Of a DNA stretch of 64,000 nt, positions 1 through 10,038 are shown in pieces. The notes beneath the pieces were generated by a model. It was not told the DNA's origin and did no database searches. It saw only the letters and a list, made by a program, of their open reading frames with translations. Both the position numbers and the translations under genes were made by a program. Within the stretch, counting starts at the first letter, position 1. Each line of letters opens with the position of its first letter. This DNA comes from Candidatus Hadarchaeota archaeon (GTDB lineage Archaea > CAYQAE01 > CAYVLA01), in NCBI GenBank assembly GCA_964621445.1, contig CAZUNO010000001.1:160265-224264 (forward strand), written 5' to 3'.

Positions 1-725
1 GATAACCGGTCTCCATCTGGGTCAGTTGCAAATCCAACATCGGCATCATTTTCCCGAACTACACGGGATAAGGCTTCAAGATTTTCCGGCGTGGGTTCCG
101 GTCCTCGATGAAAGGTACCATCACGTTCGCAGTTAACGGCTATGGTCGTGCACCCGATCCTATCCAGAAGGATTTGCAGAATCTCTGACGAGGAGCTGTT
201 ACAGCAATCTATTGCCACGGTCGGTTGGGAAGCTGTTATGCTATCAGTATCTATGGATTTCAATACATGCTCGGCGTGTTTTCTGGCTCCCTCCGATTCG
301 CCGTAATTTTTCCCGATTTTGTGCCAGGGAACGTATTTGATATTGTTTTTCTCGTAAATCCCAATTAGCTTCCTTGCCTGTTCCTGGTCGAGGAAGATCC
401 CCGTCTTGTGGATAAATTTCATGGCATTCCATTCGATGGGGTTATGGGAAGCGGTTATGGCCACTCCTCCCTGGGCGTTCCTTTCCTTTACCAGATATTG
501 GATGGTCGGCGTGGTCACCGTTCCCGAATCAATGACATCGCATCCTGCTGAACGGAGACCTGCGGTCACGCAATCCTTTAACATCGAACCGGAAGCGCGG
601 GCATCCCTCCCCACGACTACCTTTTCCCCTTTGCAGAAGGTGCCAAAAGCAGCTGAGAATCTGGTCACCACGTCCGGGGTCAATGTTTCACCCACTATCC
701 CTCGGACGCCGGATATACTGATCAT
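1..725 (-). CDS. phosphoglucosamine mutase / phosphomannomutase family protein (5' part; C-terminus lies beyond the window start)
   Basis: I translated the minus-strand frame by hand. It starts at the ATG complementary to 723..725 and runs without a stop to position 1. It contains ISGVRG, TASHNP (active-site Ser) and GFATDPDGDR, the alpha-D-phosphohexomutase motifs. The ORF track omits it because it is partial. Confidence 0.7.
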   Translation of the reverse strand, partial: MISISGVRGIVGETLTPDVVTRFSAAFGTFCKGEKVVVGRDARASGSMLKDCVTAGLRSAGCDVIDSGTVTTPTIQYLVKERNAQGGVAITASHNPIEWNAMKFIHKTGIFLDQEQARKLIGIYEKNNIKYVPWHKIGKNYGESEGARKHAEHVLKSIDTDSITASQPTVAIDCCNSSSSEILQILLDRIGCTTIAVNCERDGTFHRGPEPTPENLEALSRVVRENDADVGFATDPDGDRL

Positions 726-805
726 TAGCTTTTTCAAATGATTCACCGATCGTAGATTGATTAAGCGGTATAGAGGATTAACTAAAAAAGTTAATTTTCT
801 GGAAA

Positions 806-1540
806 TCAGAAAAGTCGTGAATCCAGGGCGACGGGAAGTTCCTTTATCGAGTTTATGACCTTAGAGGCGCCAAATTTAACGAGTTCATCTTCCGAGAGAG
901 TTGGCACCCTATCGCTGTTACGTATGACCCCTATCCCTCTAAATCCGCCCTCTCGCGCCGCCTGCATATCCGTTATGTCGTCGCCAATGAATATGGCTCG
1001 CTTTGCCTTCAGGTCTCGGACACAGCTGATGAGTTTGTCTGGTCTCGGTTTTTGTCTTCCGGGGTCTTCTCTCCCCCTCACCTGGTCAAAGAATGGACGG
1101 AGGTGGAACTTTCGGGCGGTTGCCTCCAGTATCCTCTTGGAGTTTGAGGTAACTATCCCGATCTTGGCGTCCATTTCCGAGAGATGGGACAGTACTTCTC
1201 TTGATCCCTCAAGGGGTTTAGCCCGGTTCAGGGCCTCCATTTCTCCTGCGCCCATTGCCTGATCCAATAACCTTTTCATGCTATCTCGACGGGGGCAATC
1301 TGCTAGTTCTTGGTCCACTATCTCTATATATGCTCGAAAGGAACTTCGTCGTCCTTCCAAAAAATCATGTAGACCCAATGATCTGCAGGCGCGTCTGAGG
1401 TGTTCCATTATGACCTTGCCGTTTAGTCTCAGGTCGACTAGAGTAAGGTCGTAATCAAAGACAATGGCAGGGCTGTTTGGTTTCATCAGGACCACGTATC
1501 TTTGGCTGGCCTGGGCCCATGCCCTTGTATATGGTTTCAA
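806..1540 (-). CDS. HAD-superfamily hydrolase (phosphatase-like)
   Basis: HAD motif I is IVFDYDLTLVD and motif IV is IFIGDDITDMQAA. The true start is probably the internal Met at MKPNSPAIVFDYD, about 1486. Confidence 0.6.
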   Translation of the reverse strand: MKPYTRAWAQASQRYVVLMKPNSPAIVFDYDLTLVDLRLNGKVIMEHLRRACRSLGLHDFLEGRRSSFRAYIEIVDQELADCPRRDSMKRLLDQAMGAGEMEALNRAKPLEGSREVLSHLSEMDAKIGIVTSNSKRILEATARKFHLRPFFDQVRGREDPGRQKPRPDKLISCVRDLKAKRAIFIGDDITDMQAAREGGFRGIGVIRNSDRVPTLSEDELVKFGASKVINSIKELPVALDSRLF

Positions 1541-1993
1541 TCTGTGCCTGCTTGCTCCAATAGGTGAAGAAACTCATATTAAATCGGCCACATATGTGGA
1601 GGTATATGGATGTCTCATCACGCAGCACGTACCCCCTCTTCTTCGGCTTACTGCTTTGGCTCATTGCATTTGCTGACCTGGCCATATTTCATTTGGATAT
1701 CTTCGAATACCTGGCGGCCGCTGGGTTCTTTTTGCTCATGATGGGAATTGGCATGAGGGTGAGAGGCTTCTGAGGCCTTCTTGGACCTTGGCGTTTACCC
1801 TGGGAAAAAGCAAAGTTTTTTCGGGAAATATGCCTGCTACAAAATCATATTTTTTAGTTTTGAACTTATAAATTTGGCAGTCTAAAATAACGGTTCCGTT
1901 TTCAGCATGATGTCCCCATAAAAAATAGCAAATACTGGAGCAAGCCATCGGCGGCCGAGTACTCGGTGGAGGACGGAGCCGTAGACTCGGGAG

Positions 1994-2428
1994 GTGATGG
2001 CAATAGCCACTATAGTTTCTGCAGGTGGAGTTGTTTACCGGAACTTCGAGGACAACCTATTCTTAGTTCTAGTAGGGAGAAGAAGGGGAAATTACTGGTG
2101 CTTGCCCAAGGGCAAGATAGAGGAAAACGAGACGGAGACCCAGGCGGCAAAGAGGGAGGTCTTCGAGGAAGCCGGGATATCAAATGTGTCACTGGGGGAG
2201 AAGATAGGCACCATCCGATACGAGTTTTATCGCAAATCGACTGATACTTCGTACCAGAAGTATGTCCATTTCTATCTCATGCGAGCGGCATCCAACGTAC
2301 TAAATGTGGGATCAGAATTTGACCGGGTGATGTGGTTCACTGCGGACGATGCAGTTAACATGGTAAGCCATAGGAAGGAACGGGGGATCGTTTGTAAAGC
2401 AATCGATATGCTGGGATCGATGTCCTAG
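1994..2428 (+). CDS. NUDIX hydrolase
   Basis: A Nudix box is present: GKIEENETETQAAKREVFEEAGI, fitting GX5EX7REUXEEXGU. Confidence 0.7.
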   Translation: MMAIATIVSAGGVVYRNFEDNLFLVLVGRRRGNYWCLPKGKIEENETETQAAKREVFEEAGISNVSLGEKIGTIRYEFYRKSTDTSYQKYVHFYLMRAASNVLNVGSEFDRVMWFTADDAVNMVSHRKERGIVCKAIDMLGSMS

Positions 2429-2495
2429 TGGCTCACTCCATGTGGGATATCTAAAAGAGATTTAACCATGGGTAATAAGATATTGGGGGTAGATC

Positions 2496-3281
2496 TTGAG
2501 AGTCATCATTTGTGAGAACTACGAGGAGGTGAGTAGGAGGGCCGCCGAAATTATCTCCAGGCAGGTGAGGGATAAGCCAAGATGCGTTATCGGTCTGGCA
2601 ACTGGTAGCACTCCCATGGGGGCCTATCGTCATCTGGTAAAGATGCACGAAGAGGAGAGCCTGGATTTCTCAAATGTCACTACCTTCAATCTCGATGAAT
2701 ATTTGGGGCTCCCCCCCGATCATCCCCAGAGCTATCATTACTTCATGTGGAATAACCTATTCGATGGAATTGAAATCCCAGCCAAAAACACGAATATCCC
2801 GGATGGTCAAGCGGACGACTTGACCGCTGAATGCGAGGAGTATGAGAGGAAGATAAGGGATGCTGGTGGCATAGACCTACAACTTCTAGGTCTGGGGAGG
2901 GATGGTCATGTAGGTTTTAATGAACCCGGTTCATCCCTGGGATCGAGAACGAGAATAAAGGCGCTCGCCCCGGAGACCATAAACGATAACTCCCGGTTTT
3001 TTGGAAGCGAGGAAGAGGTGCCGCGATTGGCCATAACAATGGGCGTAGGAACTATAATGGATTCTATGAGGATCCTGATCCTTGCCTCGGGAGAACATAA
3101 GGCCGAAGCGGTTAGATCGACGGTGGAAGGACCCATAACCGCTGGTGTTCCAGCCTCGGCGCTGCAGCTCCATCCAAGGGTTACTTTGGTCCTGGATCCA
3201 GAGGCGTCAAAACTTCTGGAGAGAAAGGAATACTACCGATACGTTGAGAAAAGAGCTCGCGAACTTTTCCCCAGATCATGA
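2496..3281 (+). CDS. nagB: glucosamine-6-phosphate deaminase (NagB / 6-phosphogluconolactonase family)
   Basis: GLATGSTP, FNLDEY and GLGRDGHVGFNEPGSS are typical of NagB. Confidence 0.75.
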   Translation: MRVIICENYEEVSRRAAEIISRQVRDKPRCVIGLATGSTPMGAYRHLVKMHEEESLDFSNVTTFNLDEYLGLPPDHPQSYHYFMWNNLFDGIEIPAKNTNIPDGQADDLTAECEEYERKIRDAGGIDLQLLGLGRDGHVGFNEPGSSLGSRTRIKALAPETINDNSRFFGSEEEVPRLAITMGVGTIMDSMRILILASGEHKAEAVRSTVEGPITAGVPASALQLHPRVTLVLDPEASKLLERKEYYRYVEKRARELFPRS

Positions 3282-3286
3282 TCTGC

Positions 3287-3982
3287 TTAGCTCTCCCCGT
3301 CAAGTGTGGAAATCCTTGGATGTAGTAAGGTGATTAGAACTACAAAAAGACCTTTCCATAAGGGGAACCCGATTTCGGGAATGGGAAGGGATTTCGTGAG
3401 GCCGATGAACAATCCCCCGAATGATTTTGCGCCTTCGGGTGCATTAAGTCCGGTTGAACGAATTTCAAAGGCGCGATATCCCTGGATTTCTTTCCACTTC
3501 GGGTATGATTTGTCGAAAGTGATATTCCAGTTCTTCCATATCAAGCTCCTATCTGGGTCATATGACCATCCTTCGACCGAGTCATGTATGCCGATCCAGA
3601 CGAAAGAATCGTCCTTCACGTAAATTGCATCGGTCCAGCTATAGGTATCGTTCCCGGACCCAGTGACCCCGAGGGGAAGGTTCCAACCTGAACTAGGCTT
3701 TGGGAAATAGGAAACCATCTCCTCGTGGGGAGTCGCCTTGGTGAATCTTTTTGTAGCAGACTCTATCTCTGAAAGATCCATTAATTCCGAAAACTCATAC
3801 AGAACCTTGTTACTGGATGTGTTAATACATGCAATTTCGATGGAGGTCCTTGCCCTCAGCTGCTGACCGGCGGAAACCGTCGGCAATTGGGTTTCAAGAC
3901 CGGAGATCGCTAGGACAGATAGCGCGACTATTAGCATTAAGGACCTCAAAGAATAATCACTACAAACGTAACTTAGATTCAT
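3287..3982 (-). CDS. secreted protein with a C-type-lectin-like domain
   Basis: An N-terminal hydrophobic signal (MLIVALSVLAISG) is followed by a CTLD-like long-loop motif, WIGIHDSVEGWSYDPDRSLIWKNW. This fits the WIGLxD...EGxWxWxDGS...NW pattern. Confidence 0.4.
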   Translation of the reverse strand: MNLSYVCSDYSLRSLMLIVALSVLAISGLETQLPTVSAGQQLRARTSIEIACINTSSNKVLYEFSELMDLSEIESATKRFTKATPHEEMVSYFPKPSSGWNLPLGVTGSGNDTYSWTDAIYVKDDSFVWIGIHDSVEGWSYDPDRSLIWKNWNITFDKSYPKWKEIQGYRAFEIRSTGLNAPEGAKSFGGLFIGLTKSLPIPEIGFPLWKGLFVVLITLLHPRISTLDGES

Positions 3983-4080
3983 GTGAATCCCAACCTTTGG
4001 GCGTCAAATTACTGTTGACTCGAATTCGAGTATTTAATTCCCCCGTATTGAATCAGCGAGTACCCGGCTTTTCCAGGGCT

Positions 4081-4782
4081 TCACATATAGTGATGATTGG
4101 CCTTTTCCTCGCTCTGAGCGGTAACCATTTGTTGTATCTTTCTCTCCAGGTGTTCAGCTTGGATTAGCTCCTCCGTATCAACATCGAAATGGAGTATCTC
4201 GGCTAGCTTATCTATTGCAAACGCTGCTGCTTTTCTATCAGGCCGGGATTCTGCAAATGGCAGAAGACCCAATAGTGGGATATCCATCTTCTCCGCGTGG
4301 AAGAGTAAACCGGCCAACGGCCCCACGATATTTAGATCGTCCAGCATCCATTCTATGTCATTTGCCTCCATCAATGATCTTCCCTTGGAGGTGGCCACTC
4401 CCAGAAGAGGGGGATCCTCCTCCCTCTTCACGGCCTTGGTCAGTCCGCCCAGCACTATGGCAGCCTTGAACTTGGAATCCTTGATCCACTTTGCTATGTC
4501 ACCGGTAATGCGCATGGTTTGTTCCTGTGGCAAGGGGGCTTCTGAAGCCATGTACACGTTCCCATCGAGAAGGAAAAGATCGTAGGGGAAACTAACCTTC
4601 TTTTCCCATAATCTAACTACCGGGCTCATTCCGTCGAATTCCAGGTATCCGATCCGTTTCCCACCGAGTTTGTCAAAGAGAAATCGATTCGCTATATACC
4701 CGGTCCAGCCGATGCCCCGGAAACCGGTGACGAAATACCTATCCTCCAGGCTGACTTCCTCTTTTAGAATGATGTTGCTCAA
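4081..4782 (-). CDS. PAC2-family protein (proteasome assembly chaperone-like, DUF75)
   Basis: The N-terminal GFRGIGWTGYIA matches the PAC2 Gly-rich GhPGhGhVG motif. The length is about 230 aa, and the C-terminal HYM resembles an HbYX-like tail. Confidence 0.45.
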   Translation of the reverse strand: MSNIILKEEVSLEDRYFVTGFRGIGWTGYIANRFLFDKLGGKRIGYLEFDGMSPVVRLWEKKVSFPYDLFLLDGNVYMASEAPLPQEQTMRITGDIAKWIKDSKFKAAIVLGGLTKAVKREEDPPLLGVATSKGRSLMEANDIEWMLDDLNIVGPLAGLLFHAEKMDIPLLGLLPFAESRPDRKAAAFAIDKLAEILHFDVDTEELIQAEHLERKIQQMVTAQSEEKANHHYM

Positions 4783-4859
4783 TTCAGTTCCCGGTTCCCG
4801 TTTGCCGGATCTCTAAAAAATGTTCCAAAGCGGGGCCCCCGTTTATGTAATTAGTTCCC

Positions 4860-6137
4860 TCAGGCTTTTTGCCGGCTAGTCAGGAAGTCCTCTATCTCGG
4901 CAATATCCCAATCAACGACGTAGGACATGTTAAACCGGTCGCCTTCCCTTCGGACGAGGCCCTTCTCGATTAGGTTGGTCATGTGGAGAGAGACGGTTCC
5001 CTTTGTCCTATTCAGATCCGATACCAGATCACCAAGGGAGGCCTTTCCCTGATGACGTTTGACAAGTGTTTCCAGAACCTCGGTTTGTTTGGGAGTTAGG
5101 TGTCTTAGTATTCTCCAGGTGAAGGAGAGCTTTGCTTCTTTGACTACCTTTTCAACTATCCCGGTGTCGATCCTGGGAACATTCATGCTATGTGCGGTTT
5201 CAACTGCCTTCTCACATATCTGCATTAACCGCCTTGGATTACCATCAGTATATTCTATTATGACCTCGACCGCTTCCTCTGTGAACGGATCGAGCGGATT
5301 ATTGCAGGGGGTCTCTTCATCCCTGGCCGCTTTGAGGCGGGATTTTATTATCTCCACCTGTTCAAGCCTAGTAAAGGGCTCTAGGTCAATCTCATGCCCC
5401 AATCTGGCATAGGTTGACGGGGATTTGGATTGAAGTTCGTTTGGGGTGTCAGGATAACCGGCCAGTATCCAGGTCATTTCGGGTTCGAAGAGTAGGTTGT
5501 CAAGAAAGGGAAGGTTTGATTGGCAGTCATATTTATTCATTGTATGGGCATTATCGACGAGAAAAACGAAATCCTGCTCCAGCATATCCCTAAGCATGGT
5601 AAGGTCCTCCTCGACCGATAGAAGGTCATAATGCACTGGAGATTTCGAGTACTTGGTCATGCGGACGATGATCTTTCGCAGGTCGCTCATTTTGGAACGA
5701 TCTATCCTCTCCACGAGGTGGTTTCTCCTAATGAGGTCCAATGTGAGTGAGATTATCATCTTCCTTACCGACGGATAATATGAGCCGACCGATATGAGGT
5801 ATTTTTCAGGACATTTGGCGCGGAGGCAGACCGATAGAACGTTCATGAGGCTGGTTTTACCCATCCCGATTTCACCCACCAGGAAGCTGTTCACGTTATT
5901 GGAGATGGAATGGACGGTTTGCTGCAGTTCCCTCTCCCGTCCCACGAAGTAGTGTAACTCACCGTTTATAGGGCTTATCCTAAATGGCTGTTCACTTAGT
6001 CCCTGGGTGGAGTAATCCTCCTCCATCTGTACTCTGTTGAGAATTTCCTCTAGTCCCTTCATCTCTTCACCGAGAGGAGTGTATTGACATTTGGATAGTT
6101 GGGTATTAAAGGAATCGATGGCCGGATTATGCAACAT
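4860..6137 (-). CDS. AAA+ ATPase with C-terminal winged-helix domain (Orc1/Cdc6-like or Arch_ATPase family)
   Basis: FVGRERELQQ precedes a Walker A (GEIGMGKTSLMNV) and a Walker B-like hhhhD (VFLVDNAH). A sensor region DGNPRRLMQI follows, and the C-terminus has a wHTH (LGDLVSDLNRTKGTVSLHMTNLIEKGLV). Confidence 0.5.
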   Translation of the reverse strand: MLHNPAIDSFNTQLSKCQYTPLGEEMKGLEEILNRVQMEEDYSTQGLSEQPFRISPINGELHYFVGRERELQQTVHSISNNVNSFLVGEIGMGKTSLMNVLSVCLRAKCPEKYLISVGSYYPSVRKMIISLTLDLIRRNHLVERIDRSKMSDLRKIIVRMTKYSKSPVHYDLLSVEEDLTMLRDMLEQDFVFLVDNAHTMNKYDCQSNLPFLDNLLFEPEMTWILAGYPDTPNELQSKSPSTYARLGHEIDLEPFTRLEQVEIIKSRLKAARDEETPCNNPLDPFTEEAVEVIIEYTDGNPRRLMQICEKAVETAHSMNVPRIDTGIVEKVVKEAKLSFTWRILRHLTPKQTEVLETLVKRHQGKASLGDLVSDLNRTKGTVSLHMTNLIEKGLVRREGDRFNMSYVVDWDIAEIEDFLTSRQKA

Positions 6138-6509
6138 ATTCGGTGATGCATTTTGGGAGAGGGTGAGGGCCCTAATGCCAACGCCGAGTGAATTTTTTCT
6201 GGGAGTGGATAATGTTTTTCGTAACTTCTTTTGCTGTTTTGGCTTGAAGGATTATTAGTTGCCGGACAAGAAATTTACGATTCAAAAAATTTGGTTTTAC
6301 GCCACCTTCCTAGGTCCGGGAATTTGGAACAAATTAGAGGCGGTTTAGCTTTTTTGGCATGGCGCCTTTTACACAGTGTGATGAAGTTCCATGCCAGCTT
6401 GTTTTTCATGGTGGACACGGGCTTAGATGCTTCAGATAAATTTTAAGAATTTCTGGATTCTCTTATGCTAAGAAAAAGACATCCTAAGCCTTTTTCGGGT
6501 TTTGTATAA

Positions 6510-7400
6510 CTAGTTTTCATTTTTGTTGAAATGTCCACGTTTTGAACCAAAATGGTCAAGTGCCTCTTCAGCTCTTCGGAACATGACCTCGGTGTCAGGT
6601 TCCCTCCCGGTCCAGATTTGTATGGAATCGGCTGCCTGGTAAATGAGCATGGAAAGCCCCCCTATAGTCCTGCAACCCGCTTTTCGTGCCTGCCTGAGAA
6701 GCTTTGTTTCCGGTGGGTTATACACCAGGTCCATTACCGCGAGATGGTGATTAAGCATATCGGATTCGACTATTGTTCCCTCGGTTCTGGGGTGCATTCC
6801 TACCGGGGTGGCGTTTATGAGGACTGATGACTGGGCCAATTCCTTCTCCAGTTCCTCCCTGGTATATGGTCTGCCCCGTACTTTCGGCCATCCGGTCTTG
6901 CTCGATATCTCCTCCGCCAGGCACACCGCCTTGTCGACCGTCCGGTTGCATATGGTGAGGTCGGCTTTTTCACTGGCCAGGCCAAAGGCAACGGCACGGG
7001 CAGCACCCCCTGCACCGACCATGGTTACCTTGGTTCCTCTCAATTCTTCCTGCGCTCCCTCTTCCAAACATCTCATGGATGCGGAGACATCTGTGTTGAA
7101 TCCGGAGATCTTACTCCCGAATCGTATGGTGTTCACGGCCCCCACTTTTCCGGCCAATGGCTCGATCTCGTCGAGAGCAGGGATTACCTCGGTCTTGTAG
7201 GGGATGGTCACGTTGATTCCGGAGACACCGAGGCGGGAAAACGATTTTACGGCCGAAGCAGCTGAGGTGGAAATCTTGAAGGATACGTAGACCGCATTCA
7301 GGCCCATCTGTTGGTAGGCGGCATTTTGGATCTGGGGTGATATGGAGTGCTCTATGGGTTTGCCTATCAATCCATAAATTGATGTGTTGGAATCAATCAT
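6510..7400 (-). CDS. aroE: shikimate dehydrogenase
   Basis: IYGLIGKPIEHSISPQIQN, a Rossmann GAGGAARAV, and its position in the shikimate operon. Confidence 0.8.
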   Translation of the reverse strand: MIDSNTSIYGLIGKPIEHSISPQIQNAAYQQMGLNAVYVSFKISTSAASAVKSFSRLGVSGINVTIPYKTEVIPALDEIEPLAGKVGAVNTIRFGSKISGFNTDVSASMRCLEEGAQEELRGTKVTMVGAGGAARAVAFGLASEKADLTICNRTVDKAVCLAEEISSKTGWPKVRGRPYTREELEKELAQSSVLINATPVGMHPRTEGTIVESDMLNHHLAVMDLVYNPPETKLLRQARKAGCRTIGGLSMLIYQAADSIQIWTGREPDTEVMFRRAEEALDHFGSKRGHFNKNEN

Positions 7401-8098
7401 GTTTCCTTCTCCGATAGATTCAGAATTTGTTGGTGGATGTCCTTCATTTGGGGAATGGACAGCATGCCAGGAGCCACCGGTTTTGCCCCCTCGGGATAGG
7501 CGTAAGCAAATTGAGAGCCAAAGAACGGGGCTAACAGCCGTCCAACCCTGCCTATGCTTCCCATAGGGATTGCTATCACCCTGTTTTTGATGGTTGGGAT
7601 GGATATCACTCTCAGCACCTCGTTTTTGGAGTGGGTCAGGGTAGCTATCTTGGCGTAGGCTGCTCCATATGATCTCGCCTGTGACACCGTGTTCAATAGC
7701 TCCTTCCTGGAAGGGGTGCCTTTGAAGTTGTGGATGGACAGAATGACCTCGCTTCCGTTTTCTTTCGATTCATCCATCAAACCTGACCCGGCGTGACCTA
7801 GTTCTAGGTCCACAAGATCACAGATCGAGGAGAAATCCTTCAGGGTCCTCAGGTGTTTATCCTCGGGTCCTTCATACTTTCCTCCATCCGCCCTGTAGCG
7901 GTGGGTGGCGATTACGGGGGCCTCCAGGTCTCTAATCCAATCGAAATCCCGAGTGCTGGAAACCACCTCGAGGTGGTCCAGGCGGATTTCTAAAAGATCG
8001 GCCCCCTGAGAAAGGGCCGCATTAGCCGCTTCTTTCATCCCTTGATGATCGATGGCCGCTAGCGTCCCGCAAATTCCGGTGCAGGATTCATCTCTCAA
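7397..8098 (-). CDS. aroD: 3-dehydroquinate dehydratase, type I
   Basis: Type I DHQase features are present (LLEIRLDHL, catalytic Lys region). It sits between aroE and DHQ synthase II. Confidence 0.7.
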   Translation of the reverse strand: MRDESCTGICGTLAAIDHQGMKEAANAALSQGADLLEIRLDHLEVVSSTRDFDWIRDLEAPVIATHRYRADGGKYEGPEDKHLRTLKDFSSICDLVDLELGHAGSGLMDESKENGSEVILSIHNFKGTPSRKELLNTVSQARSYGAAYAKIATLTHSKNEVLRVISIPTIKNRVIAIPMGSIGRVGRLLAPFFGSQFAYAYPEGAKPVAPGMLSIPQMKDIHQQILNLSEKET

Positions 8099-9191
8099 TT
8101 AGCTTCTCCTCGACAGCCATTCCGAAGTGTCTTGCCTGTCCCGAGAGGTAAGCGAGTACGTGATCGCCTTCTTTGAGGTCCTTTATTGACGCCGCTTCTC
8201 CCTGGGGATCGACCAGTCTAATGGTCTCAGCGTCCTGTAGCATGGCCTTGAAGGTCCTGCCCTGGTGTCTGAAAACCACCATGGACAGTGGCCTGGTCTC
8301 TATCTTCACCCGGCCTATGGTAGCGGTACGGGTTGTCCCATCGGATTTCACCACCATAGTGGTATCGCCGCCTCTTAGCTCGCTCAGATATCGGGTCTTG
8401 TTATCGTTGTCCAGGATATAGCTGTGAATTGCCCCCGCATTTATCCTGAACGGTCTTGATTCAACGTATTCGGTCTCTATGTTTTCGGCATGGATTAGAA
8501 GTAGGCCATCCGCTTGACTTCCAATTAAGACCCCTTCTCCCTTAACCAAAAGGGAACAGGTATCTATGCATGCCCTATCCCCGGAGCCTATGCCTTGGAC
8601 CGAGACTATCTCCACTTCCGAAAGGGAAAGAGTCCCTTCCATGGACCTCACCAGGGAAGCCGCATCCTTCACGTCATCCGCTTTGCTGGGTGCGATGAGT
8701 ATGCCGTCCACGCCCTTTTGCAGAGCTCCCAATGCTACCTGGGCCTCCTCAAGATCGGCCACTGAGGCGACTAATTTACACTCCTTCTCCTCGCTTGCAG
8801 CTATCAAGTTTTCGATAGGAATGACCTGCCAATTGGCGCATTCGATAATCAGGTTATCATATTGGTCGGCCAATCGGGTGGCTTTTACCTGATCTTCGCC
8901 GCTCTCTATGGTTATCCAGGCTGCATCCCGGATCTTGGAGTCAGGGCTGGGATTTGTATCTATAAGGGTTACGCCCTGAGGAGCGTCCTTATCACCTTTG
9001 GTCATCACCCCAATATTTTCCAAACCCAGCTTCCTTGCTCTTGGGACATCCTCGGATTTGACTATCGCCAGGTCAACGTTGGTAGTGTTCCCGGAACCGA
9101 GTATCTCCTGGGCTTCATCCCACGAGTCCTGGAGATCGCCCCTGATCCAGATACATTTTTCGTCCTTCTCATTTGATGATTTTGAGGGCAT
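8088..9191 (-). CDS. aroB': 3-dehydroquinate synthase II (archaeal type)
   Basis: About 367 aa, co-operonic with ADH synthase. The domain organisation matches archaeal DHQS-II. Confidence 0.7.
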   Translation of the reverse strand: MPSKSSNEKDEKCIWIRGDLQDSWDEAQEILGSGNTTNVDLAIVKSEDVPRARKLGLENIGVMTKGDKDAPQGVTLIDTNPSPDSKIRDAAWITIESGEDQVKATRLADQYDNLIIECANWQVIPIENLIAASEEKECKLVASVADLEEAQVALGALQKGVDGILIAPSKADDVKDAASLVRSMEGTLSLSEVEIVSVQGIGSGDRACIDTCSLLVKGEGVLIGSQADGLLLIHAENIETEYVESRPFRINAGAIHSYILDNDNKTRYLSELRGGDTTMVVKSDGTTRTATIGRVKIETRPLSMVVFRHQGRTFKAMLQDAETIRLVDPQGEAASIKDLKEGDHVLAYLSGQARHFGMAVEEKLIER

Positions 9192-10038
9192 CCTCTACCT
9201 CCCAATTTTCATGTACTACCTTGGCTATGGCCCTGACCATGTCGGGGGTATTTGGGTGCTGGAAAACATTTCGTCCAGCTGCAACACCGGACCCTCCCCC
9301 CTCGATTACTCCCTTGACATCCTTAAGGAATTCTTCATCTGTTTCCGCCTTGGGGCCACCGGCGGCTACAACCGGTACCGGGCATCCTTTGATGACCTCC
9401 TTGAAGGTGTCGGGATCCCCGGTGTAGTTTGTCTTCACTATATCGGCTCCCAGTTCTGCCCCCACTCGAGCCGCCTGCTTTACAAAACTGACGTCCCTTT
9501 GATTCGCTATCTTTTCTCCTCTCGGGTACATCATTGCCAAAAGGGGCATGCCCCATGTCTGACATTTCTCGGCCGTGGCTCCGAGATCCTCCAACATCAT
9601 GTCCTCGTTTTCGGCTCCCACATTTACGTGGATTGACACTGCGTCGGCTCCTTTACGTATGGCTTCCTCAACTGTGGCAACCAATACCTTCTTGTTTGGG
9701 TCTGGAGCCAGATTGGTGGAGGCCGATAGGTGGACGATCAGCCCGATGTCCTTGCCGTATCCCCTATGGCCAGAGGTGATCATCCCCTTATGCTCTATTA
9801 CCGCGTTGGCACCCCCTTCCGCTGCCTGATTAACGGTGTCTCGCAGGTCGATGATTCCCTTGACTGGACCTAGGCTGACTCCGTGGTCAAGAGGTACTAT
9901 CACCGTTCTCCCGGTGTCTCGGTCAATAATGCGTTCAATTCGTATGGCTTTCCCTATCTGTGGCAATTTGCTCACCGTGATATAGTGAGCCACGGTAACA
10001 CGATCATTTATAAATGTAAATGCCATGCTTAGAGACAT
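9169..10038 (-). CDS. aroA': 2-amino-3,7-dideoxy-D-threo-hept-6-ulosonate (ADH) synthase, class I aldolase (DhnA family)
   Basis: The N-terminus [23 protein letters not shown] is typical of archaeal ADH synthase and FBP aldolase class IA. It is the first gene of the shikimate operon. Confidence 0.7.
   Translation of the reverse strand: MSLSMAFTFINDRVTVAHYITVSKLPQIGKAIRIERIIDRDTGRTVIVPLDHGVSLGPVKGIIDLRDTVNQAAEGGANAVIEHKGMITSGHRGYGKDIGLIVHLSASTNLAPDPNKKVLVATVEEAIRKGADAVSIHVNVGAENEDMMLEDLGATAEKCQTWGMPLLAMMYPRGEKIANQRDVSFVKQAARVGAELGADIVKTNYTGDPDTFKEVIKGCPVPVVAAGGPKAETDEEFLKDVKGVIEGGGSGVAAGRNVFQHPNTPDMVRAIAKVVHENWEVEDALKIIK

Noticed and set aside
406-741. Plus-strand 111-aa ORF at the window start
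   Set aside because: The opposite strand encodes an uninterrupted phosphohexomutase with the ISGVRG, TASHNP and DPDGDR motifs, so the plus-strand ORF is an antisense artefact.
8998-9636. 212-aa plus-strand ORF across the aroB'/aroA' junction, and a similar one at 15273..15761 inside serA
   Set aside because: They are antisense to strongly supported genes and have low-complexity Ser/Pro-rich translations.
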